A stretch of 64,000 nucleotides of DNA from Tubulanus polymorphus (GCF_964204645.1 NC_134031.1:6076001-6140000); one strand, 5' to 3'. Shown: positions 36,708 to 50,578, counted from the first letter of the stretch. The notes: generated by a model from the sequence alone, not told the origin. Translations and numbers: made by a program.

Positions 36708-39700
36708 TTAACTCATTGACGTATCAATTTTCTTGTGCTTTTTTGGCTTGCGCGAACGATCTTTGCGAAAATCATAAAAGAAATCTTGTCTTACTGCGGC
36801 GAGTCGCGCCGGCTGCGCGACGTAAATACGTCGTATCTCCTCGAGTCTCGCTTGCTCTTTCGTGATGCTCGGCAGACGGCCCGGTTCGACGATGTTGCCC
36901 TCCATTGCCGCTTCGCAGTACTCGACCAAGTTCTCCAACATCTCGACTTTGTCGCGCGAATAGAATTTCCGTTTTGCGATCATAATGAATGCGTCGATGA
37001 ATCCTTGAAACGACAGACCTGCGAAATAGAATAAAAAAAACAGTAATACGCGTTCAAAAAAATGCGCGTCAAGACGGTTTTTAGAAATCGACATAAATTC
37101 CATCAAATTTTATTGGCAGAATTAACGGAGCTGATATTTTTAAAGAACAGCTGATCATATATTACATTTACAGAGTGATTGTTAGAAATTCCAGTACAAA
37201 TGTGACTATTTGAGATCAATAGAGATACGTATGCAGCAGTCAGAAATTCCCTATTACAGGCAGAACTTTTCAACAACCAATACAGATATATACTGAGTAA
37301 TACATATAATGGCGCATACAACGATACATATTCAATATACGGCTATATAAAATGCGAGAGTAGTGTTATATCCATCGTATTCCGAACCCATCGGTTTAAA
37401 ACCAGACTGGCTTTTTGTTGGCATTGTATTTTTTATCTCCTATGATATTTGGGCCTATAAAAGGCCTCCGAGATATTATTTCATGCATCCTGCATAACAA
37501 CAATTTCAATTTATATAATCTTAATCCATGCTATTAAAGAAAAACAAACTGCCGCAAAAAGCGCTCTATCGGCTGGCTGATACTAATACTTAATAGTATG
37601 TCCCAATATTCACAACCGCCGCTTATGAATACAAAAAATATATGCACCGACTTATGTTCATTTTTGCATGCTGATTGTAAGTGACTGATGTTATCTGTAA
37701 CTGTGATAACCCAGCATTCGTTACCACTATCAAAAATACATGCATTCTTAATGTATGCATGCTTATATCAAGGACATATCATGAATTACAATGTAAATAT
37801 ATACATGTACAAATACCCTTGAAGACCGTCACCAAAAAGAATGATATTTCAAGCTACGAAGCAAATAATGTGAGAAAATCGTGTAACTTCACATAGCAGA
37901 GAGGGTAAAATTCAGCGTCTAGCATTCAGTGAATAATGTACCTGGTTTTTGTATACAGTAAGTAGGGAGACTATGTCTATGATTTCCACCTACGTAGTGA
38001 AACGTTCGAATGAAAGAAATGCCGTCACACGAGACGACAACAAAATTAATCGAAAAATTCGAAGCATTTTTTTGTATTGTGAACATATTTCATCGTTCAA
38101 CTTGTGCGTATACACACCTGATGTTCGTTCCGGGTTCATATGTTCCCATTTGCGTTGCATCTCCAGGAATATGAGGTCCATGTCGGCGTTTGTCAAATTT
38201 CCACTAACTAGTTGGCACTTTCTGAAATTCGCAGCAAGAACAATTAAGCTTGGCAAATCTCTCTAAATCATTTTCAACGACTGATCCTCTTTTATCACAT
38301 TTGCTCTTACCTGGTAAATGTACGGAAGCCCGATGAACCCATGCGCATGCTGCCTTTGACGCCGAGACAATTTTGAAATATACTCGTCACGCGATCGAAC
38401 AATTTCAAATGCTCGTAACGCGCCGCGTATTTAACCGGATAGATCTGTTCGAGTATGTCGTCGTCGTCTTCCCAATCGGAGCTGTTCGTCGTGTTATCCG
38501 GTTCGTGGTTGTACACCATCGTACGCTGCCGATTGAGGCGCATTTCCGCCGGCTGACCGACGCCGCTCCTCCGAGCGGAATTGTTCGTCAACGCCGCAGA
38601 CGTTTGATTCCTCGTTGCCGGTTTATCGGCGTTCGTCCTATTATTCAAATTACTGTTTTGCCCGTGTATGAAAATCTCAGCCGTACCGGTCTGTTCCCTG
38701 TGACGCTCTATTGCCAGTGGTGGCGGTGGTGGCGCTAACTTATCACCGGCTTCCACTTTATCGTTATCGTTACAGGAAACGTCAATTTCTTCGGCCTGGT
38801 CGGCCGCATCACTAGAATCCACATTATCTATATTGCTATCGTCGGCGGCGCTATCTAGATTGTCATCTAAACTGCTGTCGTGTTCGTAATCTACGTGGAT
38901 ATTGTTATTCACGCTGTCCTCATTTTCTTTATTTTCATCGTACTCCTGAGTATCGTCGATCACAGATTCGCTTGTTGTTACTCGCTGAGTTCTTTTACGC
39001 CGTCTTAAAAATATAAAGTAGACATTGTTGCCATTATTTATTATCATTGCAACTGTTGTAAAGCCTCCTTGTAGACCCACCCCTCTATAATGGTGGAGCT
39101 TAATCGCTAACCCTTTCCAGTATGAGCTAGGATCTTCTACATGTCTGAGGACATTTTTCCAACTTTCATTTTACCTTTGATCTACTTTCATCCATGATCT
39201 ATCTATTGGTTCTCAGGCTTCCGTTACGAGACCCTTATTCACATACTATCTGTCTGTATGTCTGTCTTACACCTACTTAGCTTCGTTGGTAGTGGGTCAA
39301 TCTTGATGAAACTTGGGTACAATGTTAGTATAGGGCTCTTGTTGTGCAGTGCAAAGAATGGGCACAGTGCGCCACCTAGCAGCAGAACTAGGCACTGAAA
39401 ACTCTGTTTTTCAGCGACTTGAAGATTACCTCATAACTGAGGAATGGGTTCGTAATTCAGGCTAAAGGTCCTAGATACAACATATCCAAAATGCAATAGG
39501 AACTAATGCATGAGAATTTTGGAGTTTGAGCCCGAGAACCATTGTCTCCTTTGGCTTGTCTAAACGAATCTTACCTGCGTCTGGGTTTTCTACGGTATGG
39601 TTTCGGAGCGATCAGAAGCAATGTATCTCTTATGAGAGGCCGTTTGACCTCTTCATCTACTATACTAGGCAGGTATTCCGGTGCGCCGGACGACGACTCT

Positions 39701-42700
39701 TGTTGGTAGTCGATTCGAAGACTCGGATTCGCATTTACTTCTAACAACATCGGACGCAGGTCTTCGGTGAGCAAAATATCAAAACCTAAAATCTACAATA
39801 ACAGACATTGCATCATGAGATTTAATGATATATAAAATAACCAATTTAAGACAGATGGCTAAAAAAACTAAAAACAAAATTGACAGAAACTTCTATTGAC
39901 AGATGCTTAAGGGCTTTTTAAGGACACATGGGGTTCTTATGGGGTTCTAATTAGATCAATACACCACAATGCGGTGTACTAGCAAAGCCCATCACTGAAT
40001 TCTTCATCGCACTGGAAGGGTTTAATGGATAACAAATGAAAATTGTGTCAAATAAACGTAGGTTAAGATCGATCCTTATGTAGATATACGATATGTCTGA
40101 GTTTTGGAAGTGAAAATCTAGAGGAAGTTAACCAATCAACAGCTGTTGGACAGGTTGATGCATTCGTTACTGACCTGGAAGCATTTCGGTTTCATCTTTC
40201 TGGCGGTGGGCACCTCGGCGTTGAGTTCCACCTTCAATTCCGGCACCAACGCGATTATTGTCTTGACAATCACCTTCTCGATGTCTCGCCACAACTTCTC
40301 GATGTTGTGCCCGGCGCGCGCCATATCCTCGAACACGCTCGACGAAGTTCGCTTGCTGCCCTCGTGCTGCGTGTCGGTGTGCACATAGTTGCTGCTGCGT
40401 TTGTTCAACGAGTAATTCGTTAAATGCATGAACGTGTCGGCAAGATTTTCGTTCGTCGGCTCTTCGTATTTCGACGTGCAAAACCGCGCCAGGCCCTCTT
40501 TCGAGATATAAATTTCCAACGGATTCAAATTCGTCAGCAAACAATAGATTCGCAAGTCGAACTTGTAGCCGTCGATGAGGAACGGCCGCGTGATGTAATC
40601 CTGCACGACCTGAGTTCGATTCGGCATCACCGTATTGAAACGCAGGTCTTCGGGTCCTTTGATTAGGTAGATGCCGTCGCCCTGCGCGCCGTCGTTCGGT
40701 TTAACGATGTACGTCTGTTTACGTTTCGGCCGGCGTTCGCGCGCGGCTCGCACGTCCTCGGCGAATTCATTGTACTGGTGCGGCAGAAACCAAGTCTTCG
40801 GGTAGTAGTTGAACTCCTCGGGGAACACGTGACGCATGTTGTCCAACGAACGCGCCATGTTGCCCTTTCTCAGCACGTATATCATTCCTGAAAAGATAAA
40901 CCACTAAGGTTACTTCGCATTCTCCTCGACTCAAATCCATATTGACGAAATCGGGGTTCTCACGGATTTCCCAATTTCATTTTCCATAACTTTTCCAAAA
41001 CCAGGTTACAAATTTTTCACCCAATAATTTGACCCATGCTAAAAGTTGGCTAGGGCCGAGTCTGACATTTTTGGTCGGCCAAATTGTGTGCCAACAGTGT
41101 GTATAATGGGGGTCATTCATTTATTACGTACGCATTAGGGGAGGGGGAGTTGTCAGTGCAATTGCGTACTGTAATGCTTAATGTATACGAAAAAATGGCC
41201 GAATTTGTGTACAGAGGGGGCGAGGGGGTTGAAAAATTCAAATTTTATGCTTAGGGTATTAATGAATGATCCCAATACAGAGATTGCATCTATTTCAATT
41301 TCAGTCATCAGATAAATGAAAGCTCACGGAAAACAATACTTCAAAACAAGCGACACGCACATTAAGCACTCTTCAGCGGTCTTGTTCAATACCATATACT
41401 AGCACTTCCATTTTATCGTTTTTCAATAATGTTTCAATTTTGCTCAGTTTCGCAACTTTTTATAGGGTTTTATACCGATGAAAAAAAAGTTAACTAATCT
41501 TTTTTCGAGGGCTGGTCCAACGATAGAAGTGAATGAAATGAAAATAACCAAGCTATGGTCTGATCTTATGTTTGGTACAAGATTGTTCATTAGAAAGAAC
41601 TATCTCTAAGGCACATGAGCGCATTTTGTACTGCTCTAAGTTTGTATGCATTTAACGCAGGAGAATATAGGCCTCGCACATGAGCTGAAATATACGCTCA
41701 GCAAAGGGAGCTGTGGCAAGCGTGTATGCATTTTACAACCATATCTATACTAACTACATATCTGCACCATTCACAAATCTATTTGAATATGAAACAATTC
41801 ACCTGTTCTTATTGTATTCGCAATCGAGGATCTTGCAAGGGGAAAACTATGATTTCATCTAATCATATCGTACAGGAGGTGAAACACATGTAAGAAATGA
41901 ACAATTTTCCGTTGTGAAATCGATATGCTAGCCACTATCATCAGTTTTTGAATGCAATGCTAAGTGTGCTGAGTTCCAGAGAGCGTATTTCTGCTGCATC
42001 GAAAAATATAAAAAATGTTAGATATTTTCTTATATCCTTTGGCCCTTGAAGGATGGATCTAGCTTTTGAGAAAAGGGGGCGCACATGGAATGTTGGGTCG
42101 CTACTGACATGCGTTTGTGGCCTGTAATGACGATGCAACTGAAATCAATGAGCGCCAAAAGCAGCAAGGGATCTGGGAATCCCCCTCCAAGAAAGTTTGA
42201 GAAATCAGATGCGTTCAGGTATATTCTGAGCACTTTCCTGGTTGAAATAATGAATGAAATATTCTCACAATTTCACCATTTTCTTTTTGTTGGGGGGAGG
42301 GGAGAAATTCCAAGGTCCCTCGGTCGAAAAAGGGGCGCATGCACACCCTAGACCCGCACCTGCATACATCGCATATACCTATAGATACTTGTGCCTGGGT
42401 TTTATATATAAAAAAACAGTCGGTTCAGACTCAAGAGCAGTCAGTGTGTCATTAATATTAATATCATATTATATTCATGTTGAAAAATGTGTCAATATAT
42501 TGAATTGAGTTATTACACGCTCTAGCAATAGGAATAAAATGTAGTGCATATGTGGGAAATTGAAATTGCAAATACTTCGCCAACATTAATAGCGCCATAT
42601 CCAGCTATGAACATAATACAATCATTTTGCTTTTTGCTCAAAAAGACACGAAAAAATAGCCAAATTACAAGTTCGGTTTAACATGAATAGTATAAACCCC

Positions 42701-45700
42701 TCTGATCATAAGCAAGAGGAATAGCAAAATATATATCATGTACTGATTTTAGCTTTTTCATTTTCTTCTAAATTCATTTTCATTATTGGTGACAGTAATC
42801 AGTCACTAATACAGCCACCCCTTACCTCGGGGTAAACTGACTGACCGGATAAAGACATAAGTGACCAAATGAAAAGACTTTAGGGGTGTATTTAGGGGGT
42901 CCAGACAACCCTAAATTTAAAGGTCCCTAAAAATGTCTACCCCAAAAAATCCTAAATTACATCTTTTCAATTGAGGTGAATACAAAACAAAAAGAAGTGA
43001 CATTTTCTCAGCAAATGATGATTATACAATGGTATTGTGATTGTGGTATTGGTATGGTGTGTATCATTTATGATTAATTTCATGGAATTCATGGTTCAAC
43101 TTCGTGGAAATCTCACCAAATTCTCGACAGAATTTCTATTCTATTCTCTAGGAGTCCCCTCGAGCACCCCTCATGGTCGTTGCCCATGTGGGCTATGCCA
43201 CTACGCAGCATGCATCGTCCTTATACAGTAACATTTCATATAGTCCCCTTTTTACTTCCCTGGACCCTTAAAAAATTTATAAAACAGCCCCTGGACTGGG
43301 AAAGACTGGTCAACTGGGTCGATATCTATGATCAGCGAGTCAATTTTGATGGTGAAAGACCAGGATCCAGTTCCAGAGTTATGAGTTAAATTTGACTCAT
43401 AGTTAACTCATTGAAAATGATTTGCTTTTAACTCAAGCGTTAACTATAACGTGTCACTGTGGAACTGGGCCCTGGATATCAGGATATTTTTTTAGGATAA
43501 GCTACCCCGGCACTCTGAAGCATTGTAAAATTAGGATATCAGGATATCTCTTAGGATAAGCTACCCCGGCACTCTGAAGCATTGTAAGATCAGGATATCA
43601 GGATATCTTTTAGGATAAGCTACCCCGGCACTCTGAAGCATTGTAAGATCAGGATATCAGGATACTTTTTAGGATAAACTGCCCCGGCACTCTGAAGCAT
43701 TGTAGGATCAGGATATCAGGATAGTTTTTTAGGATAAGCTACCCCGGCACTCTGAAGCATTGTAAGATCAGGATATCAGGATACTTTTTAGGATAAACTG
43801 CCCCGGCACTCTGAAGCATTGTAGGATCAGGATATCAGGATAGTTTTTTAGGATAAGCTACCCCGGCACTCTGAAGCATTGTAAGATCAGGATATCAGGA
43901 TACTTTTTAGGATAAACTGCCCCGGCACTCTGAAGCATTGTAGGATCAGGATATCAGGATATCTTTTAGGATAAGCTACCCCGGCACTCTGAAGCATTGT
44001 AAGATCAGGATATCAGGATATCTTTTAGGATAAGCTACCCCGGCACTCTGAAGCATTGTAAGATCAGGATATCAGGATACTTTTTAGGATAAACTGCCCC
44101 GGCACTCTGAAGAATTGTAGGATCAGGATATCAGGATAGTTTTTTAGGATAAGCTACCCCGGCACTCTGAAGCATTGTAAGATCAGGATATCAGGATACT
44201 TTTTAGGATAAACTGCCCCGGCACTCTGAAGCATTGTAGGATCAGGATATCAGGATAGTTTTTTAGGATAAGCTACCCCGGCACTCTGAAGCAGAGTAAG
44301 ATCAGGATATCAGGATAGTTTTTAGGATAAACTGCCCCGGCACTCTGATGCATTCGTATTCACTCCACTCTATTTGCGATCGATGAATCAATAAATTCCA
44401 CGCGGAGTATTACTGAAAATTCATCACCGCGAAACGCGCGACGGATTAACTGTCGACTTACGGACATCTGTCGTACATCATAAACCTATACCGGCTATAC
44501 CATCACACGTTTATACGAACTAGTTTCATATAATAACCCAGCAAATTATGAATACGATTTCGAATAAAACAAAAGCACGGGCATAATGACCTATACCAGC
44601 TTGTTATGTTGTCACATATTTTCAGCTGCGATTCGGCCGAGCCTGAATCGTAATTTCAGACCTGCTAGCTCAAATCTAAGCAATAACAGTGCCAGCTCTA
44701 ATTGGTAATTATGACGTTACCTCCGCAATTTGAACATAAACATAATAAACGAATGTTATGATTTCTATACATATATGTTCGTACCTCTTAGATTGTTATT
44801 ATTTTTGTAGTCAATATTTCATGGAGACCTAGACCATTGGACCTGGGAAGATTTAATTCCCTCTACAGGCCTGTACCCAAGGGGGGGGGGTGCGTTGGGT
44901 GTGAACGGACCTCCCCACAAGATCCCGAGTTCCACTTTTTTTGTCTAAGAAAATTTCCAATGACTTCGTTACATGAAATATTCTCTAAACATTGGCTGGA
45001 AATGCATCTAAAATGCTTAAATTATTCAAAATTTTCTTGGGAGAGGACCCCAAATCCCTCGCAAGGGGCTTCGCACCGACAGCGCTCCCAATCCCCAGCT
45101 CCACCATCAAATAAGTTCCACCTCATCTAAATTCACACCCACCCAAAAGAGAGGCTGTGTACGGGCCTGCTCTACACTATTTCATAGTAGATAGGCTAAA
45201 TTTGATTAAATCGAGGTGAATATCAAACAAAAAGAAGAGGTATTTTCTCTACAAATGATGAAAATACAATGGCATTGCGATAGTGGTTTTGTTATTGTGT
45301 ATTATCTATGATTAATTTCATGGAATTCATCGTTGTATTTCTTGAAAATCTCACCGAATTCTACTCAGAATTTCCAAAAAAATTTCTATCATCGATGGGG
45401 AGACCCCCTCGAGCCCCCCTCATGGTCATTGATAAATTTGATTCGTACCTAAACGAGCGTTAACCCTGAGTAACAGTCCAAACCTTCAGCCCTAGATTTA
45501 TTTCGATGTTTCACGATCAAATCCGAGATTATGACTATTTTTCTAGTGATTTCAAACTTCATAGAGACCGACACCATAACGTTGGACCACATTCTCTCCA
45601 TACTACTTAATCTTATTTTATCTTTAAATAGGCTAAATTTAATTCTGACCCAAGCAAGTGTTTACCCCGAGTAACAGCCCGCGCTACTGTTCAGACTCAG

Positions 45701-47132
45701 ACCTAACCTTCAGCCCTAGATTTACTTAATTGTTTCACTATCAAATCCGGACAGTGCTCAGTTTTGCGAATTCGTATATGCTCTTTACAGTATAAATAAC
45801 GAGCTTTTCGTCGAATGATCATCAAATCCATTTATTCTCCATTGAAAAATTAATGACAAACTAATGAAGCGTGGATTACATAAAATCACGCTGTCGGTCG
45901 CCTATGGCAACCGCACAAAAAAAAACGTCGTATCTCCCTGTAGTAATTCGTCAAGGTTTTTTTTTTTCTCTCAGATTCTTTAAATAGATATCATAGACAA
46001 ACGGATCTGTTGTCCGTGCCTTAAAAATATATTCATAAAATACCGAAATATATTCATGGTCATAAATATTTGGAACTTCCTAGTCGATTACTTTCTAAAG
46101 TCGGTTAAGTAGGTTTCCACCACACATGACTCGTATTAACTGGTTACTATTTCAAAAGATTTTCGGAAACCTGTTCTAGGATAGACCGAAAATTCTAAGA
46201 AAAACTTTCATAAACTATCTGCATACTTCGTCGATTGTCGACGGGATAGGAATTACGACGACGGTCCAAACAAAAAAACAGTGTTCGTTTCTCGGGGAGG
46301 ATAAGATAAATTCCAATGTATACCATGCGAGATTATTAAGTCTCGTAACATACGCCCAAATAGCTGCGAGTTAGCAATCACTTGATTCAACTTTGATTTA
46401 AGTAGAAATGAGATTTCTAGTTTTTTTTTGGGGGGGGGGGACTGTACAAACAAAACGAAAACCACCCAAAATCGGAAAATAAATTCTAAGAGGTTGAGTT
46501 GTTCTACAAATGAACCATTAAGGAATTAAGGCTGGGAAGTGTCTTTTTAAGGGCAAAGCATAGTTAATACTATGTTTTTAATATCCACTTATTCCATATT
46601 TTCATATCCACTAAACGGAGAACGGATGCTAAAAATAAAATAGGTCGGACGGGGATCGAAAAAACTGACCTGGAAATTTGTTGACATATCCAGTCAATAT
46701 ATCGGGATGTTCTATGAAATTACAGCCCAACCAATAGACATCACAGTTCCCATCTTTTCGGCCGTACGGATACTGTAAATAAAACAGAAATTCACAATTA
46801 AACCTTCGAACACATTTCAGATCCGCGATACGACTAATTTTTCCAGAACTTACCTCTCGCCAACCGAGTTCTTTTAAAGTTAACCGTAAAACATCCCGAT
46901 TCGATTTCGCTTTACTGGAATCGACACTGACGTTAGGCCTGTTGTTGCTGTTGTTGTTGTTATTCGATTTAGGCAAAGTGGCCGTGTATTTTTGACGGAC
47001 GGCCGTCCGGCTCGCCCGCTCCTGCCTGGCCACTTGACGCCTTTCCATAGTATGCATCTGATAGCGGAATGTCGGAGCCTTCGACAGCGGCTGGTCATTT
47101 TCCGATCTACGGCCGGGCGGTTCATAATTCAT
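36708..47132 (-). CDS. TTLL11: Tubulin polyglutamylase TTLL11, 7 coding exons, about 806 aa
   Basis: Exons: 47132-46854, 46772-46670, 40887-40175, 39792-39575, 39003-38311, 38221-38118, 37018-36708; GT-AG, phases consistent, 2421 nt. TTL-family motifs (VNKFPGM, YIVKPNDGAQGDGIYL, KFDLRIY, MHLTNYSLNK, CFQILGFDILL, LLEVNANPS) plus TTLL11-type VDSSKA, PSIVDEEVK and LGVKGSMRMGSSGFRTF. Confidence 0.93.
39208..39560 (+). mobile_element. Helentron-associated (HINE/DINE-1-like) non-autonomous element in TTLL11 intron 4
   Basis: Subterminal inverted pair TTCTCAGGCT / AGCCCGAGAA, internal (TCTG)n microsatellite, and an AATCTTGATGAAACTTGG core. Confidence 0.5.
43474..44354. repeat. Minisatellite, 15 copies of a 59-60 bp unit in TTLL11 intron 2
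   Basis: Unit GGATATCAGGATA(N)TTTTTAGGATAA(GCTA/ACTG)CCCCGGCACTCTGAAGCATTGTA(A/G)GATCA; CCCCGGCACTCTG counted 15 times. Confidence 0.95.
44866..45169. mobile_element. MITE with CAGGCC termini and 5-bp TSD CTCTA
   Basis: CTCTA|CAGGCCTGTAC...GTACGGGCCTG|CTCTA. Confidence 0.7.
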
Positions 47133-49846
47133 GATTTACCGTCGTTGCCGAGTGACATCGCTCGCACAAGGGGCAAGCTACTACGTTTCCCGCATCATCG
47201 ATGTAACCACAACAATCCGCGACGCCATGATGTTTCCTAATTGGTGATTGACAGCTCGTTGATTGGCCGCAGCGGCAGCACTAAGCATCGAGAGGTGGCG
47301 CCACATAACGGCGCACAGGAAAACCAGAATTTCACGAGTTATTCTGTGAAATGAATTTATGTTGAAATTAAAGTATAACGTAAATAGAAATATTGTAGGC
47401 AAACGACTGAATACTTTTTAAGGTAAATACGAAGTTTATTCCATTTCAGTAATGAATACGTTTTAATTGATTAGCTTTCAATAGGGGAAGATACGTTGAA
47501 ATTAAAAGAAAGAATTTGTCCCAGTCCACTGGACTGAGGAAGAGGTACGTTGTCGTTGTTGCGTTCGTTACGGGAATGCACCCTGAAAATCGGAACATTC
47601 ATGAATTGGGTCAAGTTTTTTGATGTTCAATTAAAGTCTAAGCGTACCATATCTTTCAAATAGGCTACACTGCTAACCCGCCTAATACCTGTGTGTATAA
47701 ACAGGCACTTTCTTTTTTAAATGGAGAAAACATTTTAAAAGGTGTCAACCTTGTGATCTTGGCCTCACGTCCATCCTCGAGTATCCTGCAGTGCCAAAGT
47801 AAGATAACCATTCAATTTATGAAACTTTTTTCATCAGGGTTCTTAACTCGTAGATTGAATTAACCTTGTGGTTTTCTTAGCAACCATGCCACAGGCCTAC
47901 CATAGGCCCTACATAATTGAGTCGTTCTATTTCTATATCTCTCAGTCAGTCGGCCACCCCTGGTCTTGTATCTTTTAGATCAGTGGCTAGATATGTTCAC
48001 TTGTTAGGCTAGTTTCCCTCTAAATAAAGAGCGAAGATAGGCCTATATTATATGAAACCGGCATTTGAAATAATTCACTAGCAATCATTCTTAGAATTAA
48101 ATTAACTTAAGTGCCATTCTTCGTTTTTCAGCAGAATTGAAAGTTTTGATTAGGAACTATTCAGCTATATTCAGCAAGCTAAAGATAAATTTCATTATAT
48201 TGTTATTGATACATTTCCTTCTAGGCCTCGTGTATGTATGTATACGACGGCCTATATATGTTCAGCGAAAATGGGGGAGTTTTCATATTTTCTGCTCTAA
48301 TCGCATAGGCAGATAGCAGACAGCGCCGAGCACCTACCACCCCTATAAACGCGAATTGTATTTAACTGAAGCCTGGGTTATGTTGCACGTATATGCATGG
48401 CAATAGGGAAATGGTGGTCTCTCCAATGTTGTTAATGATTGTGTATCGTATTCTATGAGACAGATACGCACAACTCCGAAACTACTATTAAGATTCGACG
48501 ATCGACGACGAATTTCACGCGAAAATTCGCGGCCAAGACCTCGAAATCATTCAGTTAGTATTTATAATAGAAAATCACGTCGTAATAAAAGATAAATCAA
48601 TGCAATTATATATTCTGTGATACTTCGTCATTTTCGTCATTTTTCCGAAATGCATCCTGCATTGGTTAGTTCAATTAAGTTGTTAAATGTACAGCTAGGC
48701 CTAGTGTTAGGTTCAATGTTGAATTCGGTATTAGAATCAAGCAATTTCAATTGCTATTTCGTTGTGTCGAAGCCTAAGAACTCTGCACAATGATTTCATT
48801 ATTCAATTTGGTAAAAGATAGATGATCTAAATTTGAGGCCTATAATGGTGACTGGCCAGTGTAAGCCTATCCGAAAATTGCGTGGAATAAAGGCTTTTCA
48901 TTTGGGCCGGTATAGGCCTAATCTGTTGGGCCTAGCCTACCTGAAATATTATAGCCTACGACTTGGCTTCAGAAAAGAAAAATGGAGATTTATTTTTTCG
49001 TGTTGCGTTCAAGCTCTTGAACTCTATTAAAAAAGATTTTCCCCGGCCGTGATCAATGTTTGATAGGATGCTTATGTAGGCTACATAGACTTTCAATGGC
49101 TTGTTGATCTCTGCATTCAGAGCAAAACCCACATATAATATCATTGTTTAATATTTTCATTTCTGCGTCGATGATGAAGAAGATTAGTCAAAACTTGGAA
49201 ACTGTCAGAAAAGAAATTGTAAAATCATTAACTGGGTGTTTTGCGTGCTCATTAGTAGACCTAGCATCCAATGTTTAGATGGAGCTTCGAGAAATGAATA
49301 TATCGTCCAAATTTTAAATTGACTCTTTTGAAAGTGAAATTTGAAGTATGAATTCAGTCTGATCGTTCCTTTCACAAGGAATAAACAATGAATAAAAGGG
49401 ACAGATTTCATAAGTTTTCACGAGACTTTTTCTATGTCATTAGCCGAGATAGTAGCCACGCATGATTCAACGTGTTATATTTCTACAGTATTACGTATAC
49501 GGCGGTCGAATTGCACAGGTTTTCATAGAACAAATAGAACGTGCACGAATGCATTCTATACCGGCGATCGGCAGGTGCTGCCATCTACGGTCGTTTCGGC
49601 GAACTAAAAACCGGATTGATAATCAAAGATTAATAATTCATGTACGTTTCCTCGACGCGAAATAAACTGACTTGTTTTATGGGTGTCATTCGATGGGACT
49701 GCGTTTGATGTGATATCGAATTTTTTCCGGAAACCTTAAGAGTAGTGACCCACCGATTTGATCACTTGACAACAGAATGTTTGCCCTTTCTACCTGTAAA
49801 GTATCGGGATAATGCAATTGAATATTCAAAAGAAGCTCTGATGCTT

Positions 49847-50177
49847 ACGATTGATAAAGCACTATATCCGTGTTGCGAGAATAATGTAGAGAGAATCCCG
49901 CAATAGTAATGAAAACAGTCCAAAAATGTTTCCTCGAGCTAGTACCGGTGGTTTATTCAACATTTCAACTAGGCCTATATATTCTAATAGTCATCTTCAG
50001 GAATACTGAGTTACAACAGAAATTATGATAGGCCTGTATATTTCATAATTTCTGTTGTAATTCAGTATTCCTGAAGATGACTATCAGAATATAGTCGAAA
50101 TGTCGAATAAACTACACTAGCTCAAGGAAACATTTTCCGACTGTTTTCCGTTACTATTGTGAGATTCTCTCTGCATT
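49847..50177. mobile_element. Penelope-like terminal-repeat insertion in inverted (head-to-head) arrangement with 13-bp TSD
   Basis: Arms 49882-50028 and 50043-50178 are imperfect reverse complements, flanked by AGCTCTGATGCTT at 49834-49846 and 50178-50190. Each arm holds a hammerhead core. Another single copy lies at ~23265-23360. Confidence 0.75.
50066..50109 (+). ncRNA. Minimal type-I hammerhead ribozyme motif (mirror copy on minus strand 49954-50005)
   Basis: TATTC-CTGAAGA-T-GACTAT-CAGAAT-ATAGTC-GAAA-T-GTC-GAATA: stem I TATTC/GAATA, CUGANGA core, 6-bp stem II, GAAA, GUC cleavage triplet, essentially no stem III. Confidence 0.7.
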
Positions 50178-50578
50178 AGCTCTGATGCTTTCTTGTATTT
50201 GTACGGCATCATTAGATTTTAAAAGATTATTTCCAAATTATTATAAAAGGGTTGTGGAAATATCGGCAGCTTTTATTATGCAGCCTATTTTGACCCGATG
50301 ATATATGACCCGATGTTAAGGCATCGATGTTGAAGTATGAATTCAGTCGAAGCTGTCTCATGTGACAATGGATTTTGTTATCTTACAGTTCTCATATTTA
50401 CATTTTACGTTTTTCCTTAAAATTTCTTGGTTATTCAAAGGAAAAAGGACTTTCGGTCTGGCGTCAAGGATCAACTAGGCATGTCTGTGATTGTTTCATT
50501 TTTCAACCGAAGGCTAGACCTGTTGTTAATATTAAAGCGATCATTGCAGAATGATTACTCCGAGCTCCACAAGTCAAT

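Noticed and set aside
43474-44354. CRISPR-like regular array
   Set aside because: Units are contiguous and near-identical with no unique spacers, no cas genes, and the context is a eukaryotic intron; it is a minisatellite.
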